A stretch of 54,070 nt of DNA, from positions 1 to 54,070 of IMG/VR virus record IMGVR_UViG_3300012964_000006; one strand, 5' to 3'. Source of the DNA: a virus. The notes below the pieces were generated by a model. It worked only from the letters and a program-made list of their open reading frames with translations. It did no database searches and was not told the DNA's origin. The position numbers and the translations under genes are program-made. Shown here piece by piece: positions 48,460-54,070 of the stretch. How positions within the stretch are numbered: the first letter of the stretch is position 1; every line of letters starts with the position of its first letter.

Positions 48460-49342
48460 CGTCGGCCTCCGTGTACGCCCTAAAGATGTCAGTCGCCATC
48501 CTTCGGTACTGCCTGGCCAGCCGCTTCCAGCATATCGCCCAATCCCGGTTGACGTCGGCCCGGGCTAATTCCTCGGCGTGTTCCTTGACAAGTTGCGAAT
48601 CCTCGTCGTTCACATACCGCCACCAGGCCGATACCATCGTCTGTTGCGCCCGGAACAGTTCAAGCGGCGATGTATCAAAGCCGGTCATACCTGCTACGTC
48701 CTCAAACAGCCGTTCCAGCCGGTGCTGAATAACCTCTCCCAACGTGCCGGTTTCCATTGGCTGTTCTGGTACGTCAACCCCCCTCATCATTTCGTCCAAC
48801 GCCGCCCCCACTCCGTTCCCCACCTGCGGCCGGATTGCCTTAATCCCGGCCACAAACCGGGCCACGAGCGCCGCCAGGTTATTGGCTAATTCCTGGGTGT
48901 TACTGAGCCGTGCCAGGTCGTTGGACCTGGTTTGCACCAACCCATAATTTTCCTCCGCGGCCATTTCCAGCGCCGCCGCCCGCTGGGTTAGTTGCTCGTG
49001 CAGCGTCGCCGCGTTGACCAAGGCCAGGTCATACGCCTGCTTCAATTCGGCATAGATTCGGCGTAGCCGTTCGTTTTCGGCCTGCAATTGCTCGATTTCC
49101 GCAATCAGGACCGGAATGTCGGTACGGGCAGCGATAATAAAAGCGGTATCCGAATCGGACGGAGGAGTACCGCCACCCTCAAAATCTACGGTAGAGCAAT
49201 CAAAAATAACCGTTTTATCGCCGTCGCTGGATTCTATCCACCAACAATCCTCCGCGCTGATTCGTTGGCTTTTTGCGTTCCACGGCCCCGGCGTTGCCGC
49301 CTCTGCCATTGCCCTGATTCTTTCAAGCTGCTTTGTGTTCAT
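48446..49342 (-). CDS. Ead/Ea22-like protein
   Basis: N-terminal ..IRAMAEAATPGPW.. plus long coiled coil. Confidence 0.55.
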   Translation of the reverse strand: MNTKQLERIRAMAEAATPGPWNAKSQRISAEDCWWIESSDGDKTVIFDCSTVDFEGGGTPPSDSDTAFIIAARTDIPVLIAEIEQLQAENERLRRIYAELKQAYDLALVNAATLHEQLTQRAAALEMAAEENYGLVQTRSNDLARLSNTQELANNLAALVARFVAGIKAIRPQVGNGVGAALDEMMRGVDVPEQPMETGTLGEVIQHRLERLFEDVAGMTGFDTSPLELFRAQQTMVSAWWRYVNDEDSQLVKEHAEELARADVNRDWAICWKRLARQYRRMATDIFRAYTEADDVNG

Positions 49343-49676
49343 TGTGTCTCTCCTTTTTCAAGTGATACATAAAGTTTAGTCTGTCTGCCAAAATTTCAAT
49401 ACGCCTGTAAAACCACTTCACCGGCAACCCCCTGGCCAGCGTTGCGGCGGCGGCCTCATCACCCATTCGCAGCGCCCGAGCCGGGCCGATGTAGCGTAGT
49501 TTCCAAAAGATATAGTCAATCAAACAATCCGGCTCTTGTGTCAATTTCCGCGCATACTGTGGAACGTGGTGGTACAGATCGCACGTGCCCGGATGCATTG
49601 GGCAATGAAAGCACAGGACCGCGCCGGGGTCGGGGATAAGTTGAATAGTGCCGTTTGCCTTGTGCCGGATGGTCAT
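49323..49676 (-). CDS. Hypothetical protein
   Basis: 117-aa ORF. Confidence 0.55.
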   Translation of the reverse strand: MTIRHKANGTIQLIPDPGAVLCFHCPMHPGTCDLYHHVPQYARKLTQEPDCLIDYIFWKLRYIGPARALRMGDEAAAATLARGLPVKWFYRRIEILADRLNFMYHLKKERHNEHKAA

Positions 49677-50341
49677 ATAACCGCCTTACCTGGCCGGTAG
49701 GACCAAACCCCCGGCAGTAATACCAATTGATGCCCGGTCCCAGCATTGATATAATCCACGCCGGCTGTGATACTCTCCACCTGCTGAGTCGGGTGTTTTA
49801 CGAGGGTCGTACCATCCAGGCTATCGGCCCACGTCCAATGGTCAAGCATTGCCGTGCCGGATTGCGACCGGCCCACGTGGACCCACAACCCCCGCCGTTT
49901 TGCCTCTAGCGCCAATTGCTGGCCCTCGTACCCTCGCTTGTGGTCATCATCACCGCCGATGAATAGGCAATCAATCTCTGACCACGGAATGTCATCAACC
50001 GTCATCCCGTTTTGGGTGACGAAAGTCGTAGGATAGCCGTAAAACCGAGGAATATGCCCGTATCGCTCGAAGTCGGCTAACGTTCCCTCGCGGTCAAAAG
50101 GCCGGTCGGGTACGACTATTCCGAGGCAGGTTGCCCGATACGGTTGCAGCCGTTCCAGCCAGCGAATCCATTTTGGCTCTGACCATTGATTAGTAAACCG
50201 GCTGTTATCAAATATCCACCAACACCCAAGTTCTAGCGCCTCGAATTGCCCCCCCACCTGTTTAGCCACATTGAAAATACAGCCAAAGTGGACCGGGTCA
50301 TTAAGGAAATGTTGGGGCTTGGGTGACAGGTATATCGTCAT
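49673..50341 (-). CDS. Hypothetical protein (weak resemblance to TGT/DpdA-type TIM-barrel transglycosylases)
   Basis: WIFDNSRF.., VVPD, LFIGGDD.HK, ADSLDGT spacing recalls DpdA/TGT motifs; not verified. Confidence 0.5.
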   Translation of the reverse strand: MTIYLSPKPQHFLNDPVHFGCIFNVAKQVGGQFEALELGCWWIFDNSRFTNQWSEPKWIRWLERLQPYRATCLGIVVPDRPFDREGTLADFERYGHIPRFYGYPTTFVTQNGMTVDDIPWSEIDCLFIGGDDDHKRGYEGQQLALEAKRRGLWVHVGRSQSGTAMLDHWTWADSLDGTTLVKHPTQQVESITAGVDYINAGTGHQLVLLPGVWSYRPGKAVI

Positions 50342-50664
50342 AACCCCGCCCTCACCAGGTCGTCAACCGACTCGGCCACAATCGCAATCCCGCCGGCCGC
50401 TTCGACCGCTGCCAGGAAGGCCGCTTGAAGGTCACTCACCTGCCCACGTCGGCCGGGGCGTTTGCACTCTACCGCATAGAACGTTCCCCGGTTGGTGCAG
50501 CCGATAATATCAGAGCTGCCCGGTACATCCGTAAAGCGAAAGAATCGCCGCTTGCCCTGGTACTCATTCACCTGGGCGCCGTTGTTGATGCGAATGGCGA
50601 TGTGACCGCGTAGCCTTAAGTAGTCTAAACAGGATCGCTTGACATCGTTCTCTGATGCGCTCAT
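50338..50664 (-). CDS. VRR-NUC domain nuclease
   Basis: CLDYLRLRG..GSSDIIGC..FYAVECKRPG..Q..F pattern. Confidence 0.75.
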   Translation of the reverse strand: MSASENDVKRSCLDYLRLRGHIAIRINNGAQVNEYQGKRRFFRFTDVPGSSDIIGCTNRGTFYAVECKRPGRRGQVSDLQAAFLAAVEAAGGIAIVAESVDDLVRAGL

Positions 50665-52922
50665 TATGCCGCCTCTCCAAATAGGGAGTATTGCCCCTCG
50701 GTTGCCATCGTTTTTAGTGCGACCTCTGCCGTTTTGCCCTCTGCCCGGGGAAGGGCATTGACCGCCAGGTAGACCGGGTTAAGGTCCAACCCCACAAATC
50801 GCCGGCCCAGGTTGCGGGCGACCTCGCCGGCCGTACCGCTGCCACAAAAAGGATCAAGGGCGATTGCCGGGACGGTTGGGGCTGTTTTGTTTCCGGCGAC
50901 TCGGGTTGTCCACAGGTACGGCTTGATTTCATCGGCCGCCAGGACAAATACCGCCCGGTGCAATTCGGGAATATCTTTGTTCTCCGCCACTGCCGCCAGT
51001 TTGTCATACCGCTTCTGAATCAGGTCTTGCCGGCGGCGCTTGGTTGGGTTGGCGGTACGGTAGCAGGTACAGGATGGTTGCCAGCCGGTGGTAATGGGCT
51101 GCTTATATCCCGGCATTGTTCCACCAGGGCCGCCCCTCGCTCCGTGCTCCAAATCGTGTTGCCTGTCGGTACTTCGCCAATCGCCAACCCTTGCGGTTTC
51201 CACCACCCTCACCCACCCGGCCCCGCACTTCGGGCAGCACCCCCGCGCACTCGTACCAGCCAAAACGCACGGCTCCACGAGCTTTGTGGGGAAGGTGGCA
51301 AAGTGGGCGCCCGGGTACGCTTCGGTGGCAATGGTCCAAATTGTGCGGCGATTGCGATGCCCACTAAAGACTTTTATCCCCGGTGTATTGCTTTCGTTAC
51401 CAGGTCGCCCAGCTCCGTTAGTCTCTTTTTTGCCAACGTGAAACGCGCTGTTGTATCGGCCGGCGTATTGCGGATCCGCGCTTTCCCTTACCGCCTCTGC
51501 ATCATAAAAATACCGTTCCTGCTTCGTCATCAGAAACACGTACTCGTGCGCTTTCGTCGGCCGATCGTCAACCGATTCGGGCATTGGATTCGGTTTTGCC
51601 CAAATAATCGTTGATCGGCAAATCCAGCCATCTTCCATCAAGGCCCGCTTGACCAGATCGGGTATACCTAATTCCTGTTTCGCCCTGGTTGCGTTTGACA
51701 ATCGTTTGGCTTTGTCGTATAATTCAGCATAACGAACAAGACTACCGAATTGATTGGAGATAAACAAATGTCTTACGGAATTGACAGTAATCTTGATAGC
51801 CCCATCCATCAAAGAGAGCGCGAAATGCTCAGGGGTGGCTTTAGTTATGCGGAAATTGCGCAAGCCCTGGGGAGTAAACACAAGAGCATTGCTGAGCGTA
51901 ACAGGTTGGTCTATAAGATCGACGTCCGCCAGGCTTTTGCTGACAGAATCAGGCGCGACGGTGTCCCTTGCCGGCTGGAAGTCTCCGACAGCTTTGGTTA
52001 CTGGTTTAGTGGATTCTTCGACGGCGAGGGGCATATTGGAATTTATAGCAGGCAAAGGGCAGATAGGTACATCGAGCGAAGATTGTCCATTCAAATTATC
52101 ATCCGAGACGACGACGCTGATGTTATTCATTCCATCAGGGATAATCTGAAGGTCGGTATTGTTTATGACAATGGCGGACACGGAAGAACTAACCCTAACA
52201 CTACTTTCAGGGTTGAGCAGATTAACGACCTGGCAGAAATCATTGTCCCTTTGTTTGAAAAGTATCCGCTTCACACTAAGAAAGCGCGTGAATTCGCCAT
52301 CTGGAAGGACATTGTTGGGCTTCAATACACCGTCACTATGGGCGGATATAGTCAACGCGCATCGGCCTCCGATGAACATAACGCCATTTTTGATAATGCC
52401 CTCAAGTTGATTAGCGATATTCGCACCTACCGACGATGACGGCTTATCCCTGAAAGTCCGGTCATCATTGCCGGCCGCTTTCGTTGCCGCCGCGCTTCGG
52501 CCGTTTGGGGCGGTGGCATAGGAATCCCCAATGTTAAGCCAGAGCGTTGCCTCGGGCCGCAGCACTCGCCACACTTCACGAAAGATATTGACAATGTGCT
52601 GGATAAATAAGCCGGGTGTTGGTTCCAGGCCCAGGGAGCCGCGCCAGGCGTGGCAGTGGATACAGAATTGACCAGAATCAGCGGTTTGTCCGATAGCGGC
52701 AGCGGCGTTATGTTTGGCCCCGGTGTTAGTTTGCGGCACTTGATTGGGGTGATGAGCCAGTCCAAGTTGCCCCCACTCGTGCTGGCAATCTTCCCGCCCG
52801 TCCCAAATCATAGGCGTAATTCCGTAGTCCCTTAAGCCCCACTAATAAGGCGGACTAGTCACTACACAGTGTACTGACTCGTCCGCCAAAGGGATGCGAA
52901 AGCTATTAGCGTGAACAATCAT
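50664..52922 (-). CDS. DNA methyltransferase (beta-class N4/N6) carrying an in-frame TAG and a ~250-codon in-frame insertion
   Basis: ATG 52922 with AAGGAGG SD: MIVHANSFRIPLADESVHCVVTSPPY-TAG-WGLRDYG..GLEPTP..LNIGDSY..[insert]..IIWAKPNPMPESVDDRPTKAHEYVFLMTK..HFATFP..DPFCGSGT. Confidence 0.7.
51695..51723 (+). promoter_or_regulatory. Perfect consensus promoter TTGACA-17-TATAAT for the LAGLIDADG gene
   Basis: TTGACA 51695-51700, TATAAT 51718-51723, GGAG 51756-51759. Confidence 0.65.
51768..52439 (+). CDS. LAGLIDADG homing endonuclease (single-motif) with N-terminal HTH
   Basis: GYWFSGFFDGEGHIGI (LAGLIDADG motif); ATG 51768. Confidence 0.8.
   Translation: MSYGIDSNLDSPIHQREREMLRGGFSYAEIAQALGSKHKSIAERNRLVYKIDVRQAFADRIRRDGVPCRLEVSDSFGYWFSGFFDGEGHIGIYSRQRADRYIERRLSIQIIIRDDDADVIHSIRDNLKVGIVYDNGGHGRTNPNTTFRVEQINDLAEIIVPLFEKYPLHTKKAREFAIWKDIVGLQYTVTMGGYSQRASASDEHNAIFDNALKLISDIRTYRR
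52842..52844 (-). other. In-frame TAG codon inside the methyltransferase
   Basis: Minus strand ..TCC? no: ..AGT CCG CCT TAT TAG TGG GGC TTA AGG GAC TAC GGA = S P P Y * W G L R D Y G. Confidence 0.85.
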
Positions 52923-53496
52923 CCCGCCCTCCTTTCTGCTCAGATTCCTTGATAAAGTCTCTGTTGATATTCTTGGTACTGTGGACCCAGTTGTGGCAGT
53001 CCGGGCAAAGCAAAATGAGGTTGTCTACATCGGCCCTTAGTTCCTTCACCTGAAAAGATACAATGTGGTGAATGTGGAATCGGTCCCTATTTCTGGCTAT
53101 AGCCCCACACCGCCGACAAATACCCCTGTCGCGTCGCCACACGGACAAGGCGGCCTTTTTCCATTCCCTGGAAGCGTAAAAACCTTGTCTTTCGGCGGTT
53201 ATGCCACCCTTCCAGTTTGGTACTTCTGCCCCCCTGCGCCCGTACATTGGGTTCTTTTTTCCATTGGCCCCCCAATGCTTAACGGCCCTGGTTTCTGATA
53301 TAGTACGGGTTGGTATTTGGTGCTTTTGGAGAAAATAGAGGATATTGTTTTCGATGCAGCCAAAATCATCCGCGATGTCTTTGGCTGACCTTTGCTTTAT
53401 AACATATTCGTTGTAGAGCCATTCCCGATTCCAGTAAGGCTTTTCTGTTCGCCAGTGTTCGCCCTTAACGAATCTACCTGTGATTTTGTCCGGCAT
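52906..53496 (-). CDS. HNH homing endonuclease
   Basis: CRRCG..FHIHHIV..NLILLCPDCHNWVH; start at ATG 53496 (MPDKITG) downstream of its own promoter and leader; maximal ORF runs to 53700. Confidence 0.75.
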   Translation of the reverse strand: MPDKITGRFVKGEHWRTEKPYWNREWLYNEYVIKQRSAKDIADDFGCIENNILYFLQKHQIPTRTISETRAVKHWGANGKKNPMYGRRGAEVPNWKGGITAERQGFYASREWKKAALSVWRRDRGICRRCGAIARNRDRFHIHHIVSFQVKELRADVDNLILLCPDCHNWVHSTKNINRDFIKESEQKGGRDDCSR

Positions 53497-53655
53497 AGCA
53501 AAACGCCCCTTACCAAGTTTGCCATCGTTGCCTAGACGAATGGCGGGACGTGAATCCACCTGATAAGGGGCGCTTTGCCCACAATGAGTATTGTGTTTTT
53601 CGATGGCGTCTAAAAAAGCAAAACGCCCCGTGGTCCATTCGTCTAGGCACTTACC

Positions 53656-53684
53656 AGTATAACACAGTTCGGCCGGAATTGCAA
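53656..53684 (-). promoter_or_regulatory. Promoter TTGCAA-17-TGtTATACT for the HNH gene
   Basis: Minus strand: TTGCAA = 53679-53684, TATACT = 53656-53661; -10 and leader are homologous to the 3268-3296 promoter. Confidence 0.5.
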
Positions 53685-53696
53685 TACCCTGTACTA

Positions 53697-53834
53697 TCAT
53701 CTCCTAATCCCCCTCCACCCTCTCGCCCCGTTCAGCCTCCTGACCTCTTTTGAATACTGCCGGTAGCGGCAGATGCAATTTATCGCCACCCACAGGGCAG
53801 CGATTACAGCGATGGTATAGGCGGTGTCGCTCAT
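53697..53834 (-). CDS. Small membrane peptide (45 aa)
   Basis: Hand translation MSDTAYTIAVIAALWVAINCICRYRQYSKEVRRLNGARGWRGIRR; ATGA overlaps at both ends. Confidence 0.4.
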   Translation of the reverse strand: MSDTAYTIAVIAALWVAINCICRYRQYSKEVRRLNGARGWRGIRR

Positions 53835-54013
53835 TTTTGCGCCTCGCTCAATTCCCCGTCCAATATCGCCCTCACCACCTCGTCCAGCGTTCGCAACAAC
53901 ACGCCGTCCCTGGTGCGCCAGTGAGCCCGGCCGCTGGTCAGGCCGGCGTCAATCTCAACACAGAGGCGGTAAGCGCGGGCGTAGGTGTATAGGTTTACTG
54001 TCTCCGCCGCCAC
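53831..54013 (-). CDS. Hypothetical protein (60 aa, GTG start)
   Basis: ORF-track entry; partly inside the terminal repeat. Confidence 0.45.
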   Translation of the reverse strand: MAAETVNLYTYARAYRLCVEIDAGLTSGRAHWRTRDGVLLRTLDEVVRAILDGELSEAQK

Positions 54014-54070
54014 TGGCGGTACTGCCTCGCCTCGTAGGTTATTACCGTGGCCATTGTCAGGGCTACGATA
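53948..54070. repeat. Direct terminal repeat (copy of 1..123)
   Basis: Identical sequence. Confidence 0.95.

Larger units (their letters stand above)
51695..52442 (+). mobile_element. Promoter-SD-LAGLIDADG cassette inserted antisense in the methyltransferase ORF
   Basis: Cassette limits coincide with the extra ~250 codons between ..RTFRDKP and ..AKQELGIP of the methyltransferase. Confidence 0.6.

Noticed and set aside
52849-52887. 13-bp hairpin between the HNH and methyltransferase genes, considered as a terminator
   Set aside because: It lies inside the methyltransferase coding sequence (codons ADESVHCVVTSPP) and has only a weak U-tract. It is mentioned only in connection with the adjacent in-frame TAG.
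52845-53700. Idea that the HNH gene is a group I intron or insertion splitting the methyltransferase after a degenerate SAPY motif (exon 1 = 53563..53700)
   Set aside because: Hand translation showed that the true methyltransferase N-terminus (MIVHANSF..VVTSPPY) is contiguous at 52845-52922 with a strong SD. The flanks are too short for an intron core. The CYTG(K/R)CL similarity is a DNA-level promoter/leader repeat.
1-54070. Temperate lifestyle call (XRE repressor, LexA-like protein, RHH regulator)
   Set aside because: No integrase, excisionase, partition or telomerase genes were found. The regulators alone do not establish lysogeny.

Overview
The window is one complete, circularly closed dsDNA tailed-phage genome. 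Bases 1-123 are identical to 53948-54070, so the unique length is 53,947 bp. All product calls come from motifs read in the supplied translations; no database search was run.

Layout:
- A long minus-strand early/replication operon runs 4754 -> 179, wraps through the contig junction, and continues to 44270. It carries two DNA methyltransferases, a replication initiator, DnaB, VRR-NUC, Ea22-like proteins and many small genes.
- A plus-strand early operon (5577-11271) includes a RecT/Redbeta-type annealing protein. It diverges from an XRE repressor (5200-5418).
- A minus-strand operon (43303 -> 11304) carries regulators, a LexA-DNA-binding-domain-only protein, TerS/TerL, portal, MuF, capsid and a siphovirus-type tail module with the canonical -1 frameshift chaperone pair.
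- No integrase, tRNA, rRNA, CRISPR array or reverse transcriptase was seen.

Most unusual observations:
1. Six homing-endonuclease-like genes are present. The three that lie on the strand opposite their neighbours (Vsr/PD-(D/E)XK-like, LAGLIDADG, HNH) each have a promoter and a fully open, codon-registered antisense frame.
   - The Vsr-like gene sits antisense inside an intein that splits the N|CRC motif of the MuF head protein.
   - The LAGLIDADG gene sits antisense inside a DNA methyltransferase ORF, which nevertheless reads straight through it.
2. Two otherwise intact genes carry in-frame TAG codons: the methyltransferase between SPPY and WGLRDYG, and an HTH regulator.
3. A perfect consensus promoter, a ~195-nt structured RNA and an intrinsic terminator sit just upstream of the capsid gene. 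Two similar promoter-leader-terminator units occur elsewhere.
4. AGAACA-type LexA-like boxes overlap three minus-strand regulatory regions.
5. There are several short-repeat systems: an iteron array inside the initiator gene, start-associated repeats, and a GGTAGAAT array.
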